Under the pieces are notes generated by a model, which made no database searches, had not been told where the DNA came from, and was given only the letters and a program-made list of their open reading frames with translations. Made by a program: the position numbers and the translations under genes. A stretch of 54,505 nucleotides of DNA from the NCBI GenBank assembly GCA_022566015.1, contig JADFJT010000002.1, positions 1 through 54,505 of the forward strand, written 5' to 3'. Positions 25,775-35,503 of this stretch are shown piece after piece. The number at the start of each line of letters is the position of its first letter. Within the stretch, counting starts at the first letter, position 1. Source of the DNA: Pseudomonadota bacterium (lineage in GTDB: Bacteria > Pseudomonadota > Gammaproteobacteria > GCA-001735895).

Positions 25775-26731
25775 ATGAGGCGCCTGACTCAACATGCCCG
25801 CTTAGCGGGCATGTTGTTCATCCTGGCACTTTCCAGTGCCTGTGCCACTCCGTTTCAAACCCTTGGCATTCGGGAAAACCCCCCGGATATCCCGCCACAA
25901 GTTGAGCTTAGCTCGACACCTTTTTACCCGCAGTTAAAATATTATTGTGGCCCGGCGGTACTTGCAGCCTTAGCCAATTATCGTGGGATAGACGTGGTGC
26001 CAGACGATATAGCACCACTTATTTATGTCCCCAATATGCAGGGTTCCCTGCAGGAAGAGGTAATCGCGGCAGCCCGTCGATTTAATTTACTGCCAGTGCA
26101 GCTTGACGGAAATCTAGAATCAATTTTTCGCGAAATTGCGGCTGGAAATCCGGTTTTGGTGCTGCAAAATCTGGGGTTCGATTTTTATCCTCGGTGGCAT
26201 TATGCGATTGTGATCGGTTATAACCTGAACGAAGAAACTATTGTTATGCGCTCTGGTACGCGGGAAAGACTGGTGCGATCATTTAGCCTATTTGAAAGAA
26301 CCTGGCAGCGCGGAGGCCACTGGTCTCTGGCGATTGTTACGCCGGGGCAGGTGCCTGCCAGTGTTAATGCCGAGAGATTTATCAATACACTGATCGAATT
26401 TGAGCAAACCAGTGATTCCTATCCTGCTTATCAGGGTTATCTCAGTGCGGCGACAAAATGGCCATCCAATGCCCTGGTGCGAATCGGCCTGGGGAATACC
26501 GCTTATGCACTGGGTGAATTCCGGCAATCTGAAAATGCTTATAAAGACGCACTGCGATTATCGCCGGATATGGCGGAAGCCTGGAATAATCTGGCTTACG
26601 CGCTGGCGCAGCAGGGTAAATCCGACGAGTCGCTGGAAGCGATCAACAGGGCTTTGAAAATTTCGCCGGACGATGATAATTACCTCGATAGTCGTGACGA
26701 ACTGAAGCAGTGGAGCAGTATTTCGAATTAA
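25775..26731 (+). CDS. PA2778-family-like cysteine peptidase (C39-like) with C-terminal TPR repeats, lipoprotein
   Basis: 318 aa. Lipobox LALSSAC. The YYCGPAVLAALANY motif resembles the papain-like/C39 catalytic Cys region. The C-terminus is TPR-like (AEAWNNLAYALAQQGKSDESLEAINRALKISPDD). Confidence 0.55.
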   Translation: MRRLTQHARLAGMLFILALSSACATPFQTLGIRENPPDIPPQVELSSTPFYPQLKYYCGPAVLAALANYRGIDVVPDDIAPLIYVPNMQGSLQEEVIAAARRFNLLPVQLDGNLESIFREIAAGNPVLVLQNLGFDFYPRWHYAIVIGYNLNEETIVMRSGTRERLVRSFSLFERTWQRGGHWSLAIVTPGQVPASVNAERFINTLIEFEQTSDSYPAYQGYLSAATKWPSNALVRIGLGNTAYALGEFRQSENAYKDALRLSPDMAEAWNNLAYALAQQGKSDESLEAINRALKISPDDDNYLDSRDELKQWSSISN

Positions 26732-26734
26732 GCG

Positions 26735-27511
26735 TTACAGCTTGTAATCCGGTTCTTCGCGATCGAGAATTTCACGCACTTCGCTCAGGTGGGCTTCTGC
26801 ATATTGAGTTCGATTAATATAGTGATCCCACTGTTGCGCGGTTTTTTCGGCGACTTCATCGCTTACAATGCGTAGTGGCTTGCCAGTCATCAGCGCGGTA
26901 ATGTAGGTCGAGCAGGCGCGTTCGAAATAATACAGTTCGTCAAAGGCTTTAGCGATGGTATCTCCGATCACCATCACGCCGTGGTTACCCATGATGAGTA
27001 CGCGGTTGTCTCCCATCGTGGTGGTCATGCGTTCGGCTTCATCGCCGAGCCCCATACCGTCAAATCCAGTATCGAGAGAAACCCGGTTAAAATAGCGCAT
27101 CGTATTTTGATCGATCGGCGGAAGTCCATCGTCTTCGATCGAGGCTAGCACGGTGGCGAATTTCGGATGTACATGCAGTACGCATCGTGCCTGCGGTACA
27201 TTTCGGTGCATCGCGCCATGAATCGCCCAGGCGGTTGGGTCGGGTGCGTTGGGCTTATCCATGGTGGATTCGTCGTTGGCGTCGAGTAATAGTAATTCGC
27301 TGGCGCGCACGTTGGAAAAATGGCGTCCTATTGGATTTATCAGAAACTGGCTGCCATCGCCCGAAACAGCATAGCTGAAGTGATTCGCGACCGATTCGTG
27401 CATATCGAGCCGGGCAGTCATGCGAAAAACGGCAGCGAGATTGACCCGGTTCTCGTAATGCGGGTCGGAGTCGATTGCAACCGAGCTGTTATCAACGACG
27501 GAAATAGACAT
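26735..27511 (-). CDS. class II aldolase/adducin-family protein
   Basis: 258 aa with family-typical HVHP, GNHGVMVIG and a C-terminal helical region. Confidence 0.7.
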   Translation of the reverse strand: MSISVVDNSSVAIDSDPHYENRVNLAAVFRMTARLDMHESVANHFSYAVSGDGSQFLINPIGRHFSNVRASELLLLDANDESTMDKPNAPDPTAWAIHGAMHRNVPQARCVLHVHPKFATVLASIEDDGLPPIDQNTMRYFNRVSLDTGFDGMGLGDEAERMTTTMGDNRVLIMGNHGVMVIGDTIAKAFDELYYFERACSTYITALMTGKPLRIVSDEVAEKTAQQWDHYINRTQYAEAHLSEVREILDREEPDYKL

Positions 27512-27586
27512 GGTGGCACCTGTTTATTGGGTTATAGACGGATTAAACTCCGTTCTTCGCTTCTGGACAAACGATTTTTCGTCATT

Positions 27587-28192
27587 TTGAATTATTTTGC
27601 GCATCTGTATTTTGCCCAGCCAACCGTAGCCTCAACCGTGGGCAATTTGCTTGGGGATTTTGCCAAAGGAGTCGATGTGCAGGGGTTACCTGAATCGATT
27701 AAGGCCGGCTTGTATAATCATCGGGCCATCGACCGCTATACCGATAAGCATCCAATAATCATCGACTTAAAAAATATTTTTAACCCACGGAGGAGGCGCT
27801 TTGCCGGTATTGCACTCGATGTCTATTTTGATCACTTGTTGATGAACCACTGGGAGGCGTTCGATTCGAGGCCGGTCGACGAAGTAATCCAGACCTATTA
27901 TGCGCGTATGCTCGAAGGGCAGGCATTGATGCCGAACGCTCATATGCGTATCACGACGCGACGGATGGTCGAGTACGACTGGTTTAGTTCCTATGTCGAG
28001 ATCGAATCCATTGCCGAGGCACTCGACCGAATAGCTTCCCGTATTCGGTTTAAAAATCAGTTTGCGAATGCGATTGAAGATCTTGAACGAAGCCGTGAAT
28101 TGTTGCAACAGGGGTTCCTGTCGTTTTTCCCACAATTGATCGAGCATGTGCGATCTCTCGCGATAGAGTCTAAAGGGGCCGATACCCTGTAA
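27587..28192 (+). CDS. acpH: acyl carrier protein phosphodiesterase
   Basis: The track ORF from 27320 overlaps the antisense aldolase gene. The homologous part begins at TTG 27587 (M)NYFAHLYFAQPT...GNLLGDFAKG...HRAIDRYTDKHP...ALDVYFDHLL, colinear with E. coli AcpH (MNFLAHLHLA...). Confidence 0.75.
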   Translation: MNYFAHLYFAQPTVASTVGNLLGDFAKGVDVQGLPESIKAGLYNHRAIDRYTDKHPIIIDLKNIFNPRRRRFAGIALDVYFDHLLMNHWEAFDSRPVDEVIQTYYARMLEGQALMPNAHMRITTRRMVEYDWFSSYVEIESIAEALDRIASRIRFKNQFANAIEDLERSRELLQQGFLSFFPQLIEHVRSLAIESKGADTL

Positions 28193-28369
28193 ATGGCAAT
28201 TGAACGTACTGGCCCGCCGGGCACTGATTTAATTCTCTTAACGCGTTTCGTCATTTCGGCCTACAAACCGGAATCCGGGAAACAGCGCTTAAGATTCAAT
28301 AGATTCCGTTCACCTGGGGATGACGGACTTTTAAGGCAGTGCCAATCGGTATTGGAACCTTAAAAATCA

Positions 28370-29770
28370 CTAACAGTCGACCGTTTTCCCGGGGTTCATG
28401 ATATTGAGTGGGTCGAGAGCCTGCTTGATAAGCTTCATCACTTCGATAGCTCCGTCGCCGTGCTCGTTGCGCATATGCTTAAGTTTTCCTAATCCAATAC
28501 CATGTTCGCCAGTACAGGTGCCACCCATATCCAGTGCGCGTTTGACCAGTCGCTGGTCGATATTTAGCGCCGTTTCAAACATTTCATTGTCGTCGGGATC
28601 GATAAAAATGGTCGAGTGAAAATTACCATCGCCGACATGACCGATGATAGGTGCAAACAGCCCCGTGGAGGCTATGTCCTTCTGGGTTTGTTCGATGCAA
28701 TCGGCCAACTTTGAAATTGGAACGCAGACGTCGGTCACGTATCCCCTGGTGCCAGGCGATACGGCGAGGCCAGCGTAATAGGCGTCGTGTCGTGCGCGCC
28801 AAAGCTGGTTTCGGTCTTCTTCTTTCTCGGCCCACTGAAAATCGCTGGCACCGAATTCGCGTGATATTTCTTCAAATAATTTAGCCTGTTCTGTGACTCC
28901 AGCCAGGGTTCCATGAAACTCGAGAAACAAGGTGTCGAGCTCGGGGTAATCGGTTTTACTGTAGTTATTGATGGCTTTCATATAGGCCTGGTCTACCAGT
29001 TCAATGCGCGCAACCGGTATGCCCATTTGAATAGTCAGTATGGTAGCGTCTGCGGCCGAGCGAACATCGGGGAAGCTGACGATGGCTGCTGATATGGATT
29101 CGCTCAGCCCGTACAAGCGCAGGCTGATTTCGGTAATGATGCCCAGGGTTCCTTCGGAGCCGACAAACAGGCGCGTGAGGTCGTAGCCGGCAGCCGATTT
29201 TCTTGCTCTTGTACCGGTTCGAATAATTTCACCGCTGGCGGTTACCACTGTGAGCGCGAGCACATTTTCGCGCATGGTACCGTAGCGAACCGCGTTGGTG
29301 CCCGAGGCTCTGGTTGCTGTCATGCCACCAATCGAGGTGTCGGCACCGGGATCGACCGGGAAAAACAGGCCTGTATCGCGCAAATACTGGTTGAGCTGTC
29401 TGCGCGTCACGCCCGCCTGAACTCGACAATCCAGGTCATCGGTGCTTACTTCAAGCACTTGATCCATTTGGCTCAGGTCGATACTCACACCACCGTTGAT
29501 AGCCTGTAGCTGACCTTCCAGCGACGTGCCTGTGCCGTAGGCTATTATCGGCATACTGGCTTCGGCGCACAGTCGTACTACCTGTGAGACCTCCTCGTTC
29601 GATCGCACGAAACATACTACATCGGGGGGTTGTGTCGGGTGCCAGGATTCGCCTCGGCCGTGTTGTTCCAGCACCGAACTGACCGTTGAAACACGATCAC
29701 CTAGTAAACTACGCAACTGCTCGATTACGATATCCCTGTTTTTCTGGGACAGTTTTGGGCCGGTATTCAT
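28370..29770 (-). CDS. FAD-linked oxidase (D-lactate/D-2-hydroxyacid dehydrogenase, GlcD-like)
   Basis: 466 aa. N-terminal FAD_binding_4 domain (PIIAYGTGTSLEGQ) and C-terminal FAD-oxidase domain (GHVGDGNFH, GTCTGEHGIG). Confidence 0.75.
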   Translation of the reverse strand: MNTGPKLSQKNRDIVIEQLRSLLGDRVSTVSSVLEQHGRGESWHPTQPPDVVCFVRSNEEVSQVVRLCAEASMPIIAYGTGTSLEGQLQAINGGVSIDLSQMDQVLEVSTDDLDCRVQAGVTRRQLNQYLRDTGLFFPVDPGADTSIGGMTATRASGTNAVRYGTMRENVLALTVVTASGEIIRTGTRARKSAAGYDLTRLFVGSEGTLGIITEISLRLYGLSESISAAIVSFPDVRSAADATILTIQMGIPVARIELVDQAYMKAINNYSKTDYPELDTLFLEFHGTLAGVTEQAKLFEEISREFGASDFQWAEKEEDRNQLWRARHDAYYAGLAVSPGTRGYVTDVCVPISKLADCIEQTQKDIASTGLFAPIIGHVGDGNFHSTIFIDPDDNEMFETALNIDQRLVKRALDMGGTCTGEHGIGLGKLKHMRNEHGDGAIEVMKLIKQALDPLNIMNPGKTVDC

Positions 29771-29986
29771 TCTGTTTACCTTAGATTTATTTGGCTAGGT
29801 TTTATTGATTATGCGGATCAAAATGCAAATTGCTAGTTTAGCCCCCGGTAGTTTAATGTCAAAATAGAGATGGTAATGTCATGTTTCATGTCTATACTTT
29901 ACAAAAGGGCAAGCGCAATAAAATCGTAATCTAGAAAAATTAGCGTCCCCCGACACACAAATAACTGAAAGGAAGCTGATCCAGAC

Positions 29987-31069
29987 ATGGATAGCTACAA
30001 ATTGCATCGGACAAAGCAGGCTCAGCTAGTCCAGGAACTCGAATATCGTGACCTGTTAGCGCAGCAGGTTGAGACGATTTCCGATATTGGCCATTTTATA
30101 TATGATTTGGTTTCCGATACCTACACTTATATTAGCCCCGGTTTTGCACGTATTCATGGCGTAACCGTCGAAGAGTACCTGGCTCGGGTTAGTTCGTATA
30201 AAGACGATATTGCCGATGTTCATGCTGACGATTACGCACGTGTCGAGGAGATGTACCTACAACATCACGCTGAGGGTAGTGAATACTCGATAGAGTATCG
30301 CATACACCGAGCCGATGGAGAAATTCGCTGGATTCGTGAGCAATGCGTTGCGCACCATATTTCCGATGGGGTCTTGCAGCAGTCTATAGGCGCGTTGCAA
30401 GATATTACCGAGCAGAAAAATACCGAAGCGAAAATACTGGAAACAAAGGAATCACTCGAATCCGAGGTTAAACAGCGCACCCGCTTATTGGCGAATACTG
30501 TCCGGCAACTCAAGAAAGAAATTGCGCGGCGCGAAAAAATAGCCGCTGAGCTGGAATTCATGGCTAATCACGATGCTTTGACCGGCTTACCCAGTCTGCG
30601 CCTGTGCAAGGACCGTCTCGATCATTCGCTCGCAGAGTCGCGCCGAAATAAACAGAAATCGGCGGTAATGTTTATTGATCTGGATGGATTCAAAGAAGTC
30701 AACGACAGGCACGGTCATGAATATGGTGATGCAGTACTGAAGGTTGTAGCCGACCGGATCAAACTTGATATTCGTGAAACCGACACCGTGGCGCGTATCG
30801 GTGGGGACGAATTTGTAGTGATACTGTCGAGCGTGCCTGATCTGGAAATTGTCGAGCGAATCGCACCCCAGTTGATCGATCAAATATCCCAATCTATTAG
30901 AATCGAAAAACAGGAAGTCGTGGTGAGTGCAAGCGTTGGCATTGCTATTTATCCCGAGGATGGTAATTCAGCAGATGAATTGATTCGTCAGGCAGACAGG
31001 GCGATGTATCTAATCAAAGAATCTGGTAAAAATAATTATGGCTTCATCAAACCTGCGCGATCGAACTAG
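29987..31069 (+). CDS. PAS-domain diguanylate cyclase (GGDEF)
   Basis: 360 aa. PAS-like segment (EYRIHRADGEIRWIREQ), a coiled linker, then a GGDEF domain with intact RIGGDEF and an RxxD I-site (RETD) five residues upstream. Confidence 0.85.
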   Translation: MDSYKLHRTKQAQLVQELEYRDLLAQQVETISDIGHFIYDLVSDTYTYISPGFARIHGVTVEEYLARVSSYKDDIADVHADDYARVEEMYLQHHAEGSEYSIEYRIHRADGEIRWIREQCVAHHISDGVLQQSIGALQDITEQKNTEAKILETKESLESEVKQRTRLLANTVRQLKKEIARREKIAAELEFMANHDALTGLPSLRLCKDRLDHSLAESRRNKQKSAVMFIDLDGFKEVNDRHGHEYGDAVLKVVADRIKLDIRETDTVARIGGDEFVVILSSVPDLEIVERIAPQLIDQISQSIRIEKQEVVVSASVGIAIYPEDGNSADELIRQADRAMYLIKESGKNNYGFIKPARSN

Positions 31070-31116
31070 CACGAAATTCCCATTTTCCTAAACTCCCCTC
31101 CTGCAGAGTATTGTAG

Positions 31117-32037
31117 ATGATCGAAGACAAGCCTTCGCCGAGCAAGGTAGTAATCGCCGATGGCAATAATAATCTGCTCGGCATTGGTTTTATGATAGGC
31201 GGTATGTTTATGCTCGCATTGATGGATGCGGTCGCGAAGTGGCTGGTGGAGGAAGATATTTCGCCGGTACAGGTACTCGCGGTGCGTAGCTGGATCATCG
31301 TGTCGATCATGATGATGGTGTTGTTCGCGCGTAATAAAATACACCTGTTGAAAACAAAACGCCCAGTTGCTCATGCTTTTCGAGGGTCGCTGGGTTTTTT
31401 AGCGCCATTTTGTTTTTTCCTGGCTCTGAAGCAACTGCCACTGGCAGATGCGACTGTCGTATTTTATTGCTCAACATTCATTCTTACTGCGCTGTCAGCA
31501 CTGATATTGAATGAACGAGTTGGAATACATCGGTGGGGCGCGGTGGTCGCCGGTTTCGTGGGTGTCCTGATAGCAGTAAAGCCACAGGGCGATGGTGAGT
31601 TATCCGCTTATTTGCTGGTTTTATGCGCATCATTCGTTTATGCATTATTATTGTTAAGCGGTAAGCGTTTGGCAGAGCAAGATTCGGTGATTTCGCTGGT
31701 TTTTTCATTCAACCTGATGTTGGGGATAATCAGTACACTCTTGTTGCCGCTAGTGTGGATTCCGATATCCTGGCCGATAGTCGGATTACTGGTGCTACTG
31801 TCGCTATTAGCAGTCTGTGGACATTATGCGCTAACCACAGCAGTGAGTAGGGCAGAGATTTCAGCCGTAGCGCCATTCGAATATACCTCTTTGATATGGG
31901 CCACCCTGCTGGGTTATCTGGTATGGCTCGAGGTACCATCGTTGCAGGTATGGTTCGGTGCCGCGATTATTATTAGCAGTGGTCTGTACGTCCTATATCG
32001 CGAATCATTACATCGAGGGGTGAATTGGCCAGGGTAG
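31117..32037 (+). CDS. DMT-superfamily (EamA-type) transporter
   Basis: 306 aa with ten hydrophobic segments and a duplicated EamA-like pattern. Confidence 0.75.
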   Translation: MIEDKPSPSKVVIADGNNNLLGIGFMIGGMFMLALMDAVAKWLVEEDISPVQVLAVRSWIIVSIMMMVLFARNKIHLLKTKRPVAHAFRGSLGFLAPFCFFLALKQLPLADATVVFYCSTFILTALSALILNERVGIHRWGAVVAGFVGVLIAVKPQGDGELSAYLLVLCASFVYALLLLSGKRLAEQDSVISLVFSFNLMLGIISTLLLPLVWIPISWPIVGLLVLLSLLAVCGHYALTTAVSRAEISAVAPFEYTSLIWATLLGYLVWLEVPSLQVWFGAAIIISSGLYVLYRESLHRGVNWPG

Positions 32038-32045
32038 TTCTCCAC

Positions 32046-32379
32046 ATGCCTTCGATAGTATCGCCCCGACAGAACACCGAGACCACCCCACCCTGGGCGT
32101 TCTGACATTTATTGGTAATCTACTGCTGATGGCGTTGGTTAACGCAATAGTTAAAACCTGTCGGCGAACTATCCACTCAGCGAGATATTGTTGTTCCGAT
32201 TCGCGTCTGCGGCTTTATTTTTCTGGGTGATGCAAGTTTTGACAAGTAGATTTAGGGGGAGGGTAGTACCGGTGTTGACGACCTGGATTGGTGCGGTCGT
32301 GATTGCAGCTAGCGGTCTGTTTATATTCATCAGGCGTCAGCGCGATCAGTTGCAGGGCGATATGGTGGCAGGTGAATAA
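32046..32379 (+). pseudogene. decayed remnant of a second EamA-type transporter gene
   Basis: Pieces in three frames: MPSIVSPRQNTETTPPWAF*, FIGNLLLMALVNAIVKT, and NYPLSEILLFRFASAALFFWVMQVL. The last piece is fused directly to a C-terminal-helix-like VPVLTTWIGAVVIAASGLFIFIRRQR. This implies at least two frameshifts plus a large internal deletion. Confidence 0.55.
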
Positions 32380-33520
32380 GCCCCGGCTCACGTTACTGGC
32401 ATCGATGATGGTCACCTTCGTGCTCGGGTCGGTGCATGCGTTTTCGGTGTTTATCGTCCCGCTCGAAGCACAGCTGGGGTTACCTAGGTCCGAGATCAGT
32501 TTGATTTACTCGTTTGCGCTGGTGTCTATCACGCTCGCGGTGTTGTCGGGATACCGAATATATTCCCTGATCCCGGCCTGGTTACTAATCCTGTTGACCT
32601 GTTCGGTCGCCGCAATCGGCATGCTAGTCGCCGCCCTCGCGCAGGGATGGTGGACGCTGTTTATCGGTTACAGCCTTTTTTTCGGTATTAGTAATGGCAT
32701 AGGTTATGGTTTTACTCTGCAGCTGGTGGGTCGGGAGTTACCCCAGATAAAGGGATTTGCGATGGGTGCTGTTACCGCATCCTACGCGGTCGGCTCGATC
32801 ATATTCGCCAAAATTTTTGCACTGCAAATTGCCTCAGAGTCTATAACCGCTGCCTTTTACGCACTCTCGCTGGCATTGTTCGGTTGTGCTGTATTGGCGA
32901 GTCTGTTGATGTGGTCAAGCCAGGCGAGTTATACCCATGAAGATAGCCTGCCATCAGGGTCTGAATCCCCAGTCGAAACCCGTATAATCTGTTTATTCTG
33001 GCTCGCTTATATGTTCAGCGTATTTGCCGGATTGATGGTCATTGGGCATGCTGCCGGTATAGCCCTGTCGAAAGGGGTATCGATAGGACTATCGGTGTGG
33101 AGCGCGATGATGATTGGCATCGGTAGCGCAGTAGGCGGATTTCTCGCTGGCTGGTTAGTCGATCGCTGGCCATTGCCCCGGTTCCTGGTCGGCCTGCCTC
33201 TGCTATCGGCATTGTCCCTGGGTATGCTGGTTATGGTCGAATCACCGGTTCTGCTGGTCGGGTTATTCTATCTGGTCGGGTTCTCCTACGGTTCGATTAT
33301 CGCGATCTATCCGGTTGCAATTTCGAATTATTTCGGTGAGCAGGGGCCGATGGTATACGGGCGCATTTTTACCGCCTGGGGCTTCGCTGGCCTGGTCGCT
33401 CCCTGGACTGCTGGTCTGATATACGACGCCTTTTCAGGATACAACTCAGCCTTGATTATTGCTTCTGTCATCGCTGTATTGTCGGCTGTTACAGTCAAAT
33501 TGAGTCACTTCGAACGATAA
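32372..33520 (+). CDS. MFS transporter (oxalate/formate antiporter-like subfamily)
   Basis: The track ORF starts at 32303 inside the EamA relic. The homologous N-terminus LLASMMVTFVLGSVHAFSVFIVPLE suggests GTG 32372 or ATG 32405. About 12 hydrophobic segments. Confidence 0.7.
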   Translation: MNKPRLTLLASMMVTFVLGSVHAFSVFIVPLEAQLGLPRSEISLIYSFALVSITLAVLSGYRIYSLIPAWLLILLTCSVAAIGMLVAALAQGWWTLFIGYSLFFGISNGIGYGFTLQLVGRELPQIKGFAMGAVTASYAVGSIIFAKIFALQIASESITAAFYALSLALFGCAVLASLLMWSSQASYTHEDSLPSGSESPVETRIICLFWLAYMFSVFAGLMVIGHAAGIALSKGVSIGLSVWSAMMIGIGSAVGGFLAGWLVDRWPLPRFLVGLPLLSALSLGMLVMVESPVLLVGLFYLVGFSYGSIIAIYPVAISNYFGEQGPMVYGRIFTAWGFAGLVAPWTAGLIYDAFSGYNSALIIASVIAVLSAVTVKLSHFER

Positions 33521-33526
33521 TGTTAA

Positions 33527-34585
33527 TTACCGTAAATGCTTTTCTAGCGCGTTTCTCACCAGTTGCTGGAAGTATATCGTGCCGACTTCTTCGCGCGGTG
33601 ACAGGTGTCCGGACTGGTAAATACCGGTGTTTAGGTTTCGTTGTACCAGGCTGCAAATTTCCATATCTTCATCCATTACCTGGGCGGAACTGGTAATCAT
33701 TTTTTCGGGGCTTATATTACGTTCGTTGGCCAGGGTGCGATCGACCCAAAACCAACGGGTAATCTGCACCTGATTAGGTGCTATTGGGATTACGCTTTCT
33801 GCGTTACAGGCATACTCGGAAAAGTGCAGCAATAAACCGGGAAATTTATAGACCCAGAAGCCTTTACCATCGCGCGTTTGATCGCCAGACTTCGAGCTAT
33901 AGCTAACATCGAAGCCTACGAATTCTCCGTTCTGGTAGGGCTTAATATTGAATTCTTCACGTCCCATAGAGTCGCCCAAATTTCTATGCACCCTGCTGAC
34001 GTGGTAACCCTCGCAAGAATTATCGCCGTAGGTTTTCCAGTTGAAAGCGCCTGTTTTCAAAATTTCGCCGTGATATTCCATCGTGTTATTGACCGGGAAG
34101 CGGGCCGACCTGGGGACAATATCACCGAGCCAGTCAAGCAATTCGGGGGCGTCGGAATCGAGGCAGGCGAAAACCATTTGATTCCAGCAGGCGATCCGAA
34201 TTGGGAACAGGGAAAATTCTTCGAGATCGATTTCTTCGCCAGCTTTCAACCCCGGTGTCTTGAGTAAATTACCGCTGTTATCGTAGCGCCAACCGTGATA
34301 TTGGCAGACAAAGTCCGTACAGCGCCCACGACCATCGCGCACCAGTGGGCCAGCCCGGTGTCGACATACATTGTGAAATCCGCGCAAAATACCTTGCTGA
34401 TCATGAATGATGACCACTGGCCACTTTGCCAGGGTCGTGGCAACGTAATCACCCGCATTTGCCAGCTGGTCTTCGCGTGCAATCATCCACCAGTGTTTGC
34501 GAAAAATATACTCGTTTTCGAGGGCAAATATATCGGCGCAGCTATACCAGCTTTGGGGAATCGTTGTCGGGGTGGATTCACTCAT
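33527..34585 (-). CDS. Rieske [2Fe-2S] non-heme-iron oxygenase, alpha-subunit type
   Basis: 352 aa. Rieske motifs CRHRAGPL and CQYHGWRY. Mononuclear-iron motif DNSCEGYHVSRVH. No reductase or beta subunit is adjacent. Confidence 0.8.
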   Translation of the reverse strand: MSESTPTTIPQSWYSCADIFALENEYIFRKHWWMIAREDQLANAGDYVATTLAKWPVVIIHDQQGILRGFHNVCRHRAGPLVRDGRGRCTDFVCQYHGWRYDNSGNLLKTPGLKAGEEIDLEEFSLFPIRIACWNQMVFACLDSDAPELLDWLGDIVPRSARFPVNNTMEYHGEILKTGAFNWKTYGDNSCEGYHVSRVHRNLGDSMGREEFNIKPYQNGEFVGFDVSYSSKSGDQTRDGKGFWVYKFPGLLLHFSEYACNAESVIPIAPNQVQITRWFWVDRTLANERNISPEKMITSSAQVMDEDMEICSLVQRNLNTGIYQSGHLSPREEVGTIYFQQLVRNALEKHLR

Positions 34586-34909
34586 ACGATTTCACGCTGT
34601 TAACCAAAACTGTATGTTAATGGAGCGCGATGCTATTGAGAATCGAAATTAAGTAGTCGTAGAGAGCATTTCCCGGTATGAGTCAACGGGAACAATATTT
34701 CAGTCGGCCGCTTATAAATTTCCAATGGATAAAGGAAAGATTCATAAAAATACCGACCGAATTAAAAAATGCCCACGATGAAGTATTAAAAAACGACTCA
34801 TAAAGTACTGACATTTGCTACGAATTAACAAAGCGGTGGCACCATTTATCGTCCTGTGATAATTATATTTGTGAAATCATTTCGAAATTTTTGCGCTTGT
34901 TAATCAAAG

Positions 34910-35503
34910 ATGGAGATAATTGAGGTGAGTGAAAGACATGATGGAGTAGCAGGGAAATTTAAACTCGCTAAATTTGTAGTCACGGCGATATTACTAACAT
35001 TGGCTTCGGCTGCTCGGGCAGAGCTCTATATGGAGTTTGGCTTTCAAAATGGTGGGGATACTCTAATTAGCACGAACTCTGGCGAAGGCCTCTACACCGG
35101 TGGCGGTTTTAAATTTGCGATCGGGGTTCAAAATAAAGTGGGCAAAAATGGAGAAACACTATCGCTTTCCCTGGGGTATCTGTCGGAAGAAATTGATACC
35201 TCTAATGGTACTGCCGAAATAAGCACACTCAACTTAGATGCGATTTATTCGTATCGAATATTTAATCACCGATTTGGCTTTGGCGCCAGCTACCACATAG
35301 ACCCGACCTATAGTAATAATATTGTCGGGCTCCCGCCTTTTAAGATTGAGTTTGACGACGCTTTGGGGTTGATACTGCAATACAGTTACGTCCGGATCTC
35401 GAGATTCCAGATTAGTACTCGTTACACCCTGATGGACTATGAAGCTAGTGGCCTTAGCCTGGATGCCAGTAGTTTTGGTATTTTTCTATCTAACGGATTT
35501 TAA
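34910..35503 (+). CDS. small outer-membrane beta-barrel protein (putative)
   Basis: 197 aa. Signal peptide ending ASAARA/E. Alternating hydrophobic beta-strand pattern rich in G/Y/S. C-terminal ...FLSNGF. The stop overlaps the convergent regulator's stop in a TTAA. Confidence 0.55.
   Translation: MEIIEVSERHDGVAGKFKLAKFVVTAILLTLASAARAELYMEFGFQNGGDTLISTNSGEGLYTGGGFKFAIGVQNKVGKNGETLSLSLGYLSEEIDTSNGTAEISTLNLDAIYSYRIFNHRFGFGASYHIDPTYSNNIVGLPPFKIEFDDALGLILQYSYVRISRFQISTRYTLMDYEASGLSLDASSFGIFLSNGF

Noticed and set aside
27320-27586. Upstream 89 codons of the track ORF 27320..28192
   Set aside because: This part is antisense to the class II aldolase gene and has no AcpH homology. Homology begins at (M)NYFAHL from TTG 27587.
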